Shown here in pieces: positions 38,881 to 48,457 of a DNA stretch of 64,000 nt; within the stretch, counting starts at the first letter, position 1; every line of letters starts with the position of its first letter. Source of the DNA: Bacteriovoracia bacterium. Lineage in GTDB: Bacteria; Bdellovibrionota; UBA1018; JBFWNL01. Made by a program: the position numbers and the translations under genes. The stretch spans positions 267,825-331,824 of the forward strand of contig JBFWNL010000001.1 of NCBI GenBank assembly GCA_050251055.1. The letters run 5' to 3'. The notes under the pieces are model-generated. The model searched no databases, was not told the origin of the DNA, and saw only the letters and a list, made by a program, of their open reading frames with translations.

Positions 38881-40178
38881 ACGGAGGTCCTCTCTAAGCC
38901 GCGGTCGGCGCCTTTCGGCGATCCCATCGTCATTCCAGCGGTCGCGCCTTTAGCGGCGCCGACAAAAGCCGGAGTAAAGGTTTTTCGGGCGGGGTTGAAG
39001 AACGGTGTCTTCGTCACCGTCGCGCTCACTTGGCGGCGCTTATGCTCCACCGTGATCTCGAACTTCAGCTGCGTGCCGGGCTCCGCGTGTTCGGGTGAGA
39101 CGGTGGCTAACGCCAAATTCTTCTTGAGGGTTGGCGACCAGGCGCCACTGCTCGCGTACCCCACCTGTTCGCGGCCGTCGAAATCATAAACCGGGATCGA
39201 CGTGCGCCAAGCCGCCGTCGGCACTTCGGGCGGCAGGTGATACTCGCCGAAGAGCGCTTCTATCTCTTCCCAGCTGATATCCAAGCCCACGAAAGCCTTC
39301 TGCGAGCCTTCGCGCTTTTCTTTTTGAAGGGCGGCTTGTCCCACGAAGAGATCACGCTCGAGCTGCACGGTCCAACCCAGGTTGGCCTCAAACGGCGTCG
39401 ACATGCGGCGCTCGACCAGGCAGTGATTCGCGCTCGTGTAATCCACGCCGTTCATGATGAAGCCCGCTTCGATGCGGGTGATGTCCATGGCATCCAAGCC
39501 CGCGGCTTCAATGCCGTGGGCGCGGCCATTGACCATAAGGCTATCCCAAAGCTTTAAAGCGTCCGCGCTATCCACCCAGATTTCGTAACCCAGATCGCCC
39601 GTGTAACCCGTACGGGAGATAATCGCGGACATGGGTCCCCCCTTGCCTTCGATCTTCGTCTTGGTGAAGCGGAAGAACTTCAGCTCGTCCATGCGGGCAT
39701 CGGAAATCTTCTTTAAAATCTCGCGCGAGTTTGGACCTTGCAGCGAGAGCGCGGCGTTTTTTTGACTCACGTCTTCGATCGTGACGTTGAAGCCGCGCGC
39801 GTAGCGGGTGAACCACCCGTAAGAAGGCTCGGCGGCGGTCACGCGGAATTCGTTTTCACCCAAACGAGATACCGTGCCGTCGTCGATGAGCTTACCGCGA
39901 TCATCGCACCAGCAAGTGTAGGTCACCTGCCCGATCGCGAGTTTGGACGCGTCCTTCACCGTCAGGAACGAGAGGTAAGCCGCGGCGTCGGGGCCCTTCA
40001 CGTCATACTTAAAGAGCGGCGTAACATCGATGAGACCAGCGGCGTGGCGAAAAGCAAAGTACTCGCGATCCGGGTTCGTATCGTACGCACAGACGGTGTA
40101 ATAGCCCGCCCAGTTCTTCCAACGATGGCTCACGCAAAGCTCCGCCATGCGTGGATAAAACGGTGTTTGTATTGGCAT
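38877..40178 (-). CDS. GcvT/DmdA-family folate-dependent aminomethyltransferase
   Basis: IDVTPL, IDDGT, LQGP, SRTGYTGDLGYEIW, RIEAG, PFF. Confidence 0.92.
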   Translation of the reverse strand: MPIQTPFYPRMAELCVSHRWKNWAGYYTVCAYDTNPDREYFAFRHAAGLIDVTPLFKYDVKGPDAAAYLSFLTVKDASKLAIGQVTYTCWCDDRGKLIDDGTVSRLGENEFRVTAAEPSYGWFTRYARGFNVTIEDVSQKNAALSLQGPNSREILKKISDARMDELKFFRFTKTKIEGKGGPMSAIISRTGYTGDLGYEIWVDSADALKLWDSLMVNGRAHGIEAAGLDAMDITRIEAGFIMNGVDYTSANHCLVERRMSTPFEANLGWTVQLERDLFVGQAALQKEKREGSQKAFVGLDISWEEIEALFGEYHLPPEVPTAAWRTSIPVYDFDGREQVGYASSGAWSPTLKKNLALATVSPEHAEPGTQLKFEITVEHKRRQVSATVTKTPFFNPARKTFTPAFVGAAKGATAGMTMGSPKGADRGLERTSV

Positions 40179-40228
40179 AACCCCCAGGGGCTACCACAAT
40201 GCCGGAAAAAGGGAACGGAATACCTTTG

Positions 40229-41011
40229 CTAGAGTACTGACCGTATTGACTGGGCGCGTGAGGCATCCAACGCCGCGCCGGCGCGGCCGCCCTCGCGGAT
40301 CGCGGAACCGATGATTACGCCGTCCACAAATGCCCGCCATTCCGACACGTTCTGAGGGGTGGCGCCGCTTCCTAGATAGAGTGGGATTCTGTGCACACGG
40401 GCCACCTCGGAGGCACGCTTCAAATCAGCAGATGCTGCGCTGCGGCCCGTGGTTTCGCCCGTGACGATCACCCCGTGAGCGCCGCCCCTTAAAGCGGTTT
40501 CTTCGACCGCGAGGCCAATGTCTTTGCTCGAAAGGCTTTGGGCATGCTTCACGTGAACATCCGCCAGCACTTGAACGTCCGGGCACAAGCGCTGCTTTTC
40601 CCGCATCAATTCAGCCGCATTGCCTTCAATAATTCCCTGGTCGGTGGCGGCCACCCCCGAAAGCACGTTGACGCGAATGAATCGGGCGCCGCAGGCGGCG
40701 GCGATGCCCAGGGCGGCGCGGCCATCGTTGCGCAGGACATTGATCCCGAGCGGGAGCTTCACGGCCGAGCGGACGGCTTGAGCCACGATCGCCATGGAAG
40801 CGATCGTCTCTGCGGGGACGTTCGTTTTGTAAAAAGGGGTGTCGCCGAAGTTTTCGAGAATCAGGGAATCGAATCGGGTCTTTTCCAATACGCGAGCTTC
40901 TTCACAGATTCGTTCCACGATTCCGGACAAGCCGCCGTTATCTAGACGAAATCCCGGAGCTCCGGGAAGCGGCGGCAAATGCAATACGCCAATCAGCTGA
41001 ATCGAACTCAT
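40229..41011 (-). CDS. BtpA/SgcQ family protein
   Basis: HLPPLPG, ENFGDTPF, GINVLRND, ADVHVKH, VTGETTG. Confidence 0.92.
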   Translation of the reverse strand: MSSIQLIGVLHLPPLPGAPGFRLDNGGLSGIVERICEEARVLEKTRFDSLILENFGDTPFYKTNVPAETIASMAIVAQAVRSAVKLPLGINVLRNDGRAALGIAAACGARFIRVNVLSGVAATDQGIIEGNAAELMREKQRLCPDVQVLADVHVKHAQSLSSKDIGLAVEETALRGGAHGVIVTGETTGRSAASADLKRASEVARVHRIPLYLGSGATPQNVSEWRAFVDGVIIGSAIREGGRAGAALDASRAQSIRSVL

Positions 41012-41016
41012 GAAGT

Positions 41017-41640
41017 CTACTTACCGAAAATCTTGCCCCACAAGCCCTTCTTCTTGGCCGTGGAGTCGGAGGCTTCCGCAGGGGCCGCGCCAGGCGCGGG
41101 TGGGGCGTCGGCGCCCTTAAGCAGCTCGGCGGCTTCGGTTTGGGAGATCTTGCCGGCCTTGACCGCCTCTTCGATCGTCTTGCGGGCTTCGTCCATGCTC
41201 ATGCCTTCGGGCGCGCCCATCCCACCTTGAGCCATCTGCTGCAACATCGGGCTCATGGCGATCAAGCTTTGGAATTCCGGTGGGAGATAGCGCTCAAGCT
41301 CTTGGGCTTCCCGCGATACGTCCTTACCCGCCATCGCCTTCTGCACCAGCTGCTGGATCCGATGAACTTGGGCTTTAGGTAAGCGGCGCATGGCCTTTTG
41401 AATATTGGCCATCCAGGAAGGATCGATCTGCGAAGGATCGAAGCCGGCCATGCCTGCGCGCTCGGCTACGGCCTTGGCGGCGTCCGCGTTCTGTGCCCCA
41501 ACCTTCGGGGTCGAAAGCATCGGCTGCGCGTCCACTCCACAACAGCGCTTGTATTTCTTGCCGCTTCCGCAAGGGCAAGGCTCATTGCGACCGATCTTGG
41601 CCGTTGAAGTATTACTTGAACTTTCGGTGATGTCGGACAT
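41017..41640 (-). CDS. SEC-C motif protein
   Basis: [21 protein letters not shown] at the N-terminus; helical C-terminal region. Confidence 0.85.
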   Translation of the reverse strand: MSDITESSSNTSTAKIGRNEPCPCGSGKKYKRCCGVDAQPMLSTPKVGAQNADAAKAVAERAGMAGFDPSQIDPSWMANIQKAMRRLPKAQVHRIQQLVQKAMAGKDVSREAQELERYLPPEFQSLIAMSPMLQQMAQGGMGAPEGMSMDEARKTIEEAVKAGKISQTEAAELLKGADAPPAPGAAPAEASDSTAKKKGLWGKIFGK

Positions 41641-41667
41641 CGGGGTGCTCCTGGGTTTTCGGGGCGT

Positions 41668-42078
41668 CTATCGCTTGGCAGAACGAAGGCGCATGATGAC
41701 GCAATCGATGCCGCCGATGACTCCGGTTACAACAAGGCCCAGTCCGGAGTAAAGCGCGAAGCCGTAGGGATTGGGCCCCAGCATCATCGCAATGAGCCCA
41801 GCTGCGATCAAGCCTAGACTCATTCCGCAGACGGATCCGCCGCGCGAACGGTCCCAGCGCCGGGCCAGGAGCAGAATGGACGGCACCGCGAAGACGGTTC
41901 CGGCGAACTCATCGTAGAACGGAGCGGCGGCCATCACGAGGGATATGAAAACCAAAAACAAACGAGGTTTGGATTCACGAATGCGGAACGCTAGTAGCAA
42001 ATCCGCCAAGCGCGTGACGAGAATGACCCCGAACGTCAGCTGCACTGCGTGATCCACAAAGAAAAACAGCGGCCCCAT
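41668..42078 (-). CDS. hypothetical membrane protein
   Basis: Several hydrophobic segments; fills the gap in the minus-strand run. Confidence 0.5.
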   Translation of the reverse strand: MGPLFFFVDHAVQLTFGVILVTRLADLLLAFRIRESKPRLFLVFISLVMAAAPFYDEFAGTVFAVPSILLLARRWDRSRGGSVCGMSLGLIAAGLIAMMLGPNPYGFALYSGLGLVVTGVIGGIDCVIMRLRSAKR

Positions 42079-42155
42079 AAGGCTCGAGTATGACGGAACT
42101 TTTTAAAAACAACCAGTTGTTATTTCCTGAGTTGTTTGGGATCCTAATAGGGAGA

Positions 42156-43748
42156 ATGCAGCCCCTCAAAGGCGGAGCAGTTGTAATCATCCTGATGCAG
42201 TTGATCCAGCCCACCGGCTTGCAGGCGGCGGAGTCCAAGCCACGCGCCACGTCTCGACCTCGAACCTCCATTCCGCCTTCCAAGACGAACTCCGCGAGAA
42301 CCCGCCCGACGGCGCCGACCGCCAAGGCGACGCCCGCCCCTAAGGCGCCGAGTAAAAACGCGGCGAAACCTGCGGCGCCCGTGAAGCTAGAACCTTACGT
42401 GCCACCGGAAAACTTTCCGGATCTGCCGAAGTTCAACATCAAAACTGTCGACGCCAAGGGAAAGGTCGTAACCCTGCAGTGGAAACAGCGAGGCCAATGG
42501 ATTTGGGAAAAAACGCCCCAGCTCTATCTGCTACTGCAACTCCCCCTAGGCTATACGCTCTCCAAGCTCAAGCGGGCATCGACCGTGCTCAAGAAAAACC
42601 CCGTTTGGGCCAAAGGGGAAAAAGACGGTGGAGACATCGCGGCGTTTCAGATCGAGGCGCCGCTTCAGACGGCGACACTCGAGATTCTCGACGCCAAGAA
42701 ACAAGTGCAGGAAGTTAGCGTCATCGTGGAAACGAGCAGCGAAGGGGGCATCGTGCAGATGGACCCCACCTGCGCGGAAGCGGGTATGGTCATGAGCCCG
42801 ATCGGCAAGCCCAAGGAGGACGAGCATCCCCTCTTCCTCGTCGGCACCTGCCAGATGATCAACGATACGCAGGCGGAGTTGACGCTTCATTTTCCTAAAA
42901 CCCAGGAGATCCCCAAGCACACTTTTCGCAGCCCGCGGGAAAAGGGTACCGGCTTTCACAAGTTCTTTGTGAACAAAGAAACGGATATCAGCAAGAACGA
43001 GAAGCTGCCGCACTATAAGTTCATCCTCCGCGACACGAACACCTCGGACGCCTACCGCTACCAAATCGTCTGGGGAGCGGGCTCCTCGCGCAAACGCCTC
43101 TCCTTCAGCGCGGCCCTCTCCACGACTTATCTGCACTACACCGAGACCACCAACGTGAGCACGGTGAACCTCACCGAGTTCGCCATCACCGCGAAAGTGG
43201 GCGCCGCCTACCCGCTTTACAAAGACGCGCTCGATTTCGGGCTGAACTTCTTCATCAATGCATTGCCGGTCTACAAAAACGTTTACAACGGCACGGCCGA
43301 GCTCAGCCCCGCCGTGCGGTTTTACGGCATCAACACGCGCTTCGGATGGCGCCTACCCATCAAGTCACAGCGAATCGCCGTCCGCCTGAACGCGGGCTAC
43401 TATTTTTGGGGCATGATCATTCCTCCCGGTCCGAATGGCGAAGAGCCCACGTTCGGCATCCGCGCGCTGGGGGGACCGCAAGTGCTTCTCAGCACGAAGA
43501 TCGATCCGGGCAACGGCCATCCCTTCTGGTTCTACTTCAAGTTCGCGCCGATCTCGTCCGGGTTCGCGCTCGAGAACATCGCCAACCGCGAGATCGCCGG
43601 GGGCATGGGGTACCTCGTCAGCCCGCGCACCAGCAAATGGACCTGGTCGATCACCGCGGATATCTCCGACTTCAAATTCCAGCCGCCGGAGTTCACGAAC
43701 CAAATCAGCCTTTTCACCACGAGCCTGGGGTTAGAAGTTGGATTTTAG
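42156..43748 (+). CDS. secreted hypothetical protein with Pro/Thr/Ser/Ala-rich N-terminal linker and probable C-terminal beta-barrel
   Basis: Signal-like MQPLKGGAVVIILMQLIQPTGLQA; low-complexity tract; aromatic strands ending LGLEVGF; start uncertain (42090 or 42156). Confidence 0.7.
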   Translation: MQPLKGGAVVIILMQLIQPTGLQAAESKPRATSRPRTSIPPSKTNSARTRPTAPTAKATPAPKAPSKNAAKPAAPVKLEPYVPPENFPDLPKFNIKTVDAKGKVVTLQWKQRGQWIWEKTPQLYLLLQLPLGYTLSKLKRASTVLKKNPVWAKGEKDGGDIAAFQIEAPLQTATLEILDAKKQVQEVSVIVETSSEGGIVQMDPTCAEAGMVMSPIGKPKEDEHPLFLVGTCQMINDTQAELTLHFPKTQEIPKHTFRSPREKGTGFHKFFVNKETDISKNEKLPHYKFILRDTNTSDAYRYQIVWGAGSSRKRLSFSAALSTTYLHYTETTNVSTVNLTEFAITAKVGAAYPLYKDALDFGLNFFINALPVYKNVYNGTAELSPAVRFYGINTRFGWRLPIKSQRIAVRLNAGYYFWGMIIPPGPNGEEPTFGIRALGGPQVLLSTKIDPGNGHPFWFYFKFAPISSGFALENIANREIAGGMGYLVSPRTSKWTWSITADISDFKFQPPEFTNQISLFTTSLGLEVGF

Positions 43749-45003
43749 ACAAGTCACGCAGGCGTGCGTGATCGCACTCGTGGGTTTTTTACTTTTCATC
43801 GTCAACATCCAGTTCCCGCGGGGCCATAATTTCGACGAGTTCCACTACGTGCCCGCGGCCAAGGAGTTCTTAAAACTCGGTACGAACCGCAACTGGGAGC
43901 ATCCCCCGCTACCAAAATACTTCATCGCGGCCGGCATGGCCCTCGACGAAGACCGCCCCTTCGGCTGGCGTTGGGTGAGTTGCGTATTCGGCGCGATTAC
44001 GCTGGCCGGGATGTACTTCTGGGCGCTGGCGCTGTTCAGGCAGGAGCGCCTGGCGCTCTTCGTAACCTTCATCACGCTCTGCAACCACATGCTCTATGTC
44101 CAGTCGCGCATCGCGATGCTGGATATTTATATGATGGCGTTCCTGGTGTGGGCGCTGGCTTTCTTTACCCGGGCGGCCGATCCTGCGACGCCGGCGCGGG
44201 CGGCCAAACGTGCGCTGGCGGCAGCAGGGGTTTTGATTGGCCTCACGACGGCCTGCAAGTGGTTCGGGATGATTCCTTGGCTCGCGATCCTGGGTGTAAT
44301 CGTGGCGCTGAAGCTTCAGTTCAGTGATCGCAAGAGTTTCTGGCGCAAACTCGGCTACGGCTGGATCGCGGCGTGGTGGCTACTTATTCCGGCTGGGATC
44401 TACATGGCGACCTTCCTACCGCTACTGTTGCTCAAGGGAACGCATTACGGTTTTTGGGACCTCTTCCTACTACAAGGACAGATCTGGTCCGCGCAAAGCG
44501 CGCTGAAAAACACGCATCCCTACCTGAGTAGCTGGTACCAGTGGCCCCTGATCTCGCGGCCCATTTGGTACGCGTTCGATCACGAGCCTGGGCCAGCAGG
44601 GTGGGTGCGGGGCGTGCTCTTTCTGGGCAATCCCCTCGTCATGTGGTCAGGGCTCGTGGCCCTGGGATTCTGCGCTTGGAACTGGTTTAAGGAAGGCTCA
44701 CGGGTGGCACTGCTGATCCTTTTCTTTTACGGCGTCCTTTACCTGAGCTGGGCCGTCATCCCGCGGCACGTGAACTTCTACTACTATTACTTCCCCGCCG
44801 GTATGTCGCTGAGCCTGGCGGTCGCCTATGTATTCTCGCGCTACGACCAGGAATCCAGCCGTCGCCGAACCCTCTCCCCTTACCTGTTGGGCTACGCGGC
44901 GCTTTGCCTCGGGATCTTCGTCTACTTTTTTCCGGTGCTCGCGGCCCTAAGGATCCCGACGGAACACTTCAAGCGGTTCATGTGGTTTTCGAGCTGGGTT
45001 TAA
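43738..45003 (+). CDS. PMT/GT39-family lipid-carrier-dependent glycosyltransferase (protein O-mannosyltransferase-like)
   Basis: FDEFHYV, EHPPL, GWR, SRIAMLD, KW, HPYLSSWYQWP, LGNP, YYY; multiple TM helices. Confidence 0.87.
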   Translation: MDFRQVTQACVIALVGFLLFIVNIQFPRGHNFDEFHYVPAAKEFLKLGTNRNWEHPPLPKYFIAAGMALDEDRPFGWRWVSCVFGAITLAGMYFWALALFRQERLALFVTFITLCNHMLYVQSRIAMLDIYMMAFLVWALAFFTRAADPATPARAAKRALAAAGVLIGLTTACKWFGMIPWLAILGVIVALKLQFSDRKSFWRKLGYGWIAAWWLLIPAGIYMATFLPLLLLKGTHYGFWDLFLLQGQIWSAQSALKNTHPYLSSWYQWPLISRPIWYAFDHEPGPAGWVRGVLFLGNPLVMWSGLVALGFCAWNWFKEGSRVALLILFFYGVLYLSWAVIPRHVNFYYYYFPAGMSLSLAVAYVFSRYDQESSRRRTLSPYLLGYAALCLGIFVYFFPVLAALRIPTEHFKRFMWFSSWV

Positions 45004-45892
45004 GCGCGGCGTTGGCCGCGAAAAGCACTTCGTAGGTACGGAACGCGTAACGTGTCTTCAGCCCCAGCCGGCGCTGGATCTCGTCCAAATCCACGCCTTG
45101 TTGCTGCCAGTGACAAACCACCGAATGCCGAATGATCCGCGGCGTGAGTTTGGCGAACCCCAACCGTCGAGCCATGGCTTTGACCAGCAGCTCGACACCT
45201 CTTGGACTCATCGGTCCCGAAAGCGGCCCGTGCCGCGTGTGCCCAGAAAATAACCACTTTCCCACTAGCCCCCGCTTACGGGCGAAAGCCTGCAGATCCG
45301 CGTGGGCCCGGGGGGAAAGCGGCACCTCGCGGGGGGACTTGCCACCGAAGGAAAGGCGATTAGGGGCGCTGCCTACCCCTTGTTCTGTCGTCAACTGCCC
45401 CAGCTCACTCACCAAGCAGCCGGTTTCCAGCAGCAAGGTCAGCACGAGACGATTCCGCTCGTCTAGCTCCGTCGCCACAGGAAGGCGCGCCACCTGATCC
45501 GCGAGCGGCATCACCGCAACCGTAAACGGGACCTTCTCTAGCTTGCCCGGCGCGGGCACTTTCAAAGCCGGATCCACTTCGAGTTTGCCCCGGCGGTTGA
45601 GGTAGCGAAAAAGCCGGCGGACGGTGAGCACCTTACGGCGCCGGGTATTGACCTTTAGCCCTTGGACCTTAAGAAACGCGTTGTAAGCTTCCAGGTCCTT
45701 CTGGCCGACTTTTTCCAAGACGATGGGACGTCCCCGGAAGCGATGCTCGAGGTAACGCTGGAAGCTGAGGAGATCGGAACGGTAGCTGTTAACCGTATGC
45801 AGGGCTTTTTCCGTGCCCTGTAAATACCCTACGAAGCTTTTCATGACATAGGCATAAGTCAGCGGGTTGGGCGCGGATTTCGTAGCCTTCAT
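44978..45892 (-). CDS. XerC/XerD-like tyrosine recombinase family protein with degenerate active site
   Basis: N-terminal SAM-like domain ([24 protein letters not shown]); C-terminal [25 protein letters not shown]. Confidence 0.85.
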   Translation of the reverse strand: MKATKSAPNPLTYAYVMKSFVGYLQGTEKALHTVNSYRSDLLSFQRYLEHRFRGRPIVLEKVGQKDLEAYNAFLKVQGLKVNTRRRKVLTVRRLFRYLNRRGKLEVDPALKVPAPGKLEKVPFTVAVMPLADQVARLPVATELDERNRLVLTLLLETGCLVSELGQLTTEQGVGSAPNRLSFGGKSPREVPLSPRAHADLQAFARKRGLVGKWLFSGHTRHGPLSGPMSPRGVELLVKAMARRLGFAKLTPRIIRHSVVCHWQQQGVDLDEIQRRLGLKTRYAFRTYEVLFAANAALKPSSKTT

Positions 45893-45920
45893 TGACCTGG
45901 ATCCTACCATAGATTACAAG
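45892..45920 (+). promoter_or_regulatory. putative sigma70 promoter (leaderless) for fsa
   Basis: TTGACC-N17-TACAAG, 6 nt before ATG 45927. Confidence 0.45.
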
Positions 45921-45926
45921 CATCCC

Positions 45927-46571
45927 ATGAAGATCTTTATTGATTCAGCGGAATTGAAAGAAATTGAGGCGGCCGCTAAGACTGGGCTGATCGACGGCGT
46001 GACCACGAACCCCTCCCTCGTCGCCAAGTCCGGGATGAAGTTTGAAGACTTGCTGCGGAGGATATGCGAACTAGTGGATGGGCCCATCAGCGCCGAAGTC
46101 ACCGCGCTCGACGCCCCCGGGATGATTGAACAGGGCCGCAAGCTCGCCGCCATGAACCGCAACATTGTCGTGAAGATCCCCCTCACCTTCGAAGGTCTGA
46201 AGGCCGCAAAGATTTTCGCGAAGGAAGGCATCCGCACGAACGTCACGCTTTGCTTCTCCCCCGTCCAAGCCATGCTTGCCGCCAAGGCGGGCGCGACTTA
46301 CATCTCCCCTTTCGTGGGACGCTTGGACGACATCGGGCACGTCGGGATGGACCTCATCCGCGATATCAAGACTTGTTACGACCACTACGGGTACTCCACG
46401 CAGATCCTCGTCGCCAGCGTTCGGCACGTGGAGCACATGGTGGAATCCATCCGCATCGGCGCCCACGTCGCCACCATCCCCTACAAGGTATTCAGCCAAC
46501 TCCTCGACCACCCGCTCACCGAAATCGGGCTCGCCAAGTTCATGAAGGACTGGGAAACCGCTAAGAAATAG
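45927..46571 (+). CDS. fsa: fructose-6-phosphate aldolase / short-type transaldolase
   Basis: [39 protein letters not shown]. Confidence 0.92.
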   Translation: MKIFIDSAELKEIEAAAKTGLIDGVTTNPSLVAKSGMKFEDLLRRICELVDGPISAEVTALDAPGMIEQGRKLAAMNRNIVVKIPLTFEGLKAAKIFAKEGIRTNVTLCFSPVQAMLAAKAGATYISPFVGRLDDIGHVGMDLIRDIKTCYDHYGYSTQILVASVRHVEHMVESIRIGAHVATIPYKVFSQLLDHPLTEIGLAKFMKDWETAKK

Positions 46572-46749
46572 CGAATTCCCCATTACCCGAGCCGTCAAAG
46601 TTTCGACGCTCTAGCCGTTTTGTTAAGGCATTTTTTCGACCACTAGTTCTTTTTTGCCTACCTACGGTTTATGATTTCGACATTGGTTTCAGTAGTAGTG
46701 AAATAACCGTGCTCCAAGGAAAGAGCACCCATTGCCAAAGGAAGGCCTA

Positions 46750-47643
46750 ATGTTGATGTCGAAAAAGCACCTGCTGCCGTTAGTGGCTCTACTCGTCGCC
46801 GTGACCCCGGCGTCCGCGTCGATTCTCCCGGAAAACAGCCTGCATCTCTACGACGATCCCGGAAAAGTCGCCGAAATTACCGAAGAACAGTTCAACCAGA
46901 TCATCGATCGCGTGATCGACCTTTATAAGCCGGTCGTCGCTTTGCACGGCGGCGAACTCTCCTGCGAGAAGAAGTGGAAGGACGGCACCGTGAACGCCTA
47001 CGCCTCCCGCGACGGCAAGGTATGGACGGTCTCGATGTTCGGCGGGCTAGCTCGCCGTAAGGAAGTCACTCCAGACGGCTTCGCGCTCGTCGTTTGCCAC
47101 GAGTTGGGGCATCACCTGGGCGGGTTCCCCTTCTATCCGGATGAAGACTGGGCCGCTTCCGAAGGCCAGTCCGACTACTACGCTACGCAAGTTTGCGGCC
47201 GTAAGCTCTGGCAGACCGACTACGTGGAAAACGCCAAGGCCGCCGAAACCGTAGACAAGACGGCGAAAGCCCAGTGCGATAAGAACTGGCTCTCGACCGA
47301 GTCCCGCAATCTTTGCTACCGCATCGCCAACGGTTCGCTTTCGCTCGCCACGCTCCTGGGCGTGCTCGGCGGCACCGGCGCGCCGAAGTTCGATACGCCG
47401 GATATGAAGACCGTGAAGCAAACGAACCCGAACCATCCCGCCGCCCAATGCCGCCTGGACACTTACATGGCCGGCGCCCGCTGCGGAGTCCGCATGGACA
47501 CCGTCATGATCCCGGGCGTGGCGCACGCCAAGGGCCAAGACAGCATGGAAGCCGAGAAGGTTTCGACCTTTCAAGCTTGCGTCGCGACCGAAGGCTTTGC
47601 CGACGGCGTCCGCCCGGCTTGCTGGTTCAAGACTCGCTACTAG
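46750..47643 (+). CDS. secreted Cys-containing zinc metalloprotease-like protein
   Basis: Signal peptide; TVNAYA, CHELGHHLGG (HExxH), EGQSDY, HP..CR. Confidence 0.8.
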   Translation: MLMSKKHLLPLVALLVAVTPASASILPENSLHLYDDPGKVAEITEEQFNQIIDRVIDLYKPVVALHGGELSCEKKWKDGTVNAYASRDGKVWTVSMFGGLARRKEVTPDGFALVVCHELGHHLGGFPFYPDEDWAASEGQSDYYATQVCGRKLWQTDYVENAKAAETVDKTAKAQCDKNWLSTESRNLCYRIANGSLSLATLLGVLGGTGAPKFDTPDMKTVKQTNPNHPAAQCRLDTYMAGARCGVRMDTVMIPGVAHAKGQDSMEAEKVSTFQACVATEGFADGVRPACWFKTRY

Positions 47644-47664
47644 TTAGATTCCGTCAAAAGTGAG

Positions 47665-47701
47665 AACGCCCGGTAAGCCATGCTTATCGGGCGTTTTTTT
47701 T
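47665..47701 (+). terminator. Rho-independent terminator
   Basis: AACGCCCGGTAAGC-CAT-GCTTATCGGGCGTT followed by a T run. Confidence 0.85.
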
Positions 47702-47787
47702 CCTAAAAGCGTGGGTCGACCACCAGGGTAAGGTAGAATTTCGGGGACGCCCGGCACCTCTCGCGGCCGCCGGGCGTCTCCCTTTGC

Positions 47788-48099
47788 CTAGAACTCGCAG
47801 TTGAGCCCGTTTTCTTGCGCGAGCGCCCCGCACTTTTCCGGGCTAATGCCGTACTCGCCGCAAATACGGGCGACCGTGCCGCAACAATCCGTAGAGGGGT
47901 TAGAGCCCCCATTATTCCATATATCTAAGGGATTATAGGGACCGCCGGAGGGATCCAACGTCGGCGTGCATGCCAGCGTCAACTCCAGCTTAACCGCTTT
48001 CGGCATCGTTTTACACCCGGTTGCCGTGCCCAAGGTAAGTGCGCAAAGAACTCCCAGTACGATTGCCCGACTTAGACTCAAACGCATGATTTGCCCCAT
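47788..48099 (-). CDS. small cysteine-rich lipoprotein
   Basis: Lipobox ATGC after a hydrophobic stretch; six further Cys. Confidence 0.6.
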   Translation of the reverse strand: MGQIMRLSLSRAIVLGVLCALTLGTATGCKTMPKAVKLELTLACTPTLDPSGGPYNPLDIWNNGGSNPSTDCCGTVARICGEYGISPEKCGALAQENGLNCEF

Positions 48100-48372
48100 T
48101 TCTCTCAGTAGTTGTTCCCGGTTCTCCCTCTTAGATTCTCAGATCCGAAGCGACCGCGCAGCAGAAGGCGCGCAAGCAGGGGGGCTTTGCGAAGACCCTT
48201 GTAAACAAAAGGCGGTGGGCGCGTGCTTCAAGGGTACCCCGAACCCCAGCAAAAGGGGGGCTATATCCTTGAATCAACACGGCCTTTTTGTTCACAGAGT
48301 TACACGGAACTTGACTTCGCAGAGGGTTTCGTACATTTACGACGGTATACCCTCACAAATCCTATTCCGTAT

Positions 48373-48457
<85 letters not shown>

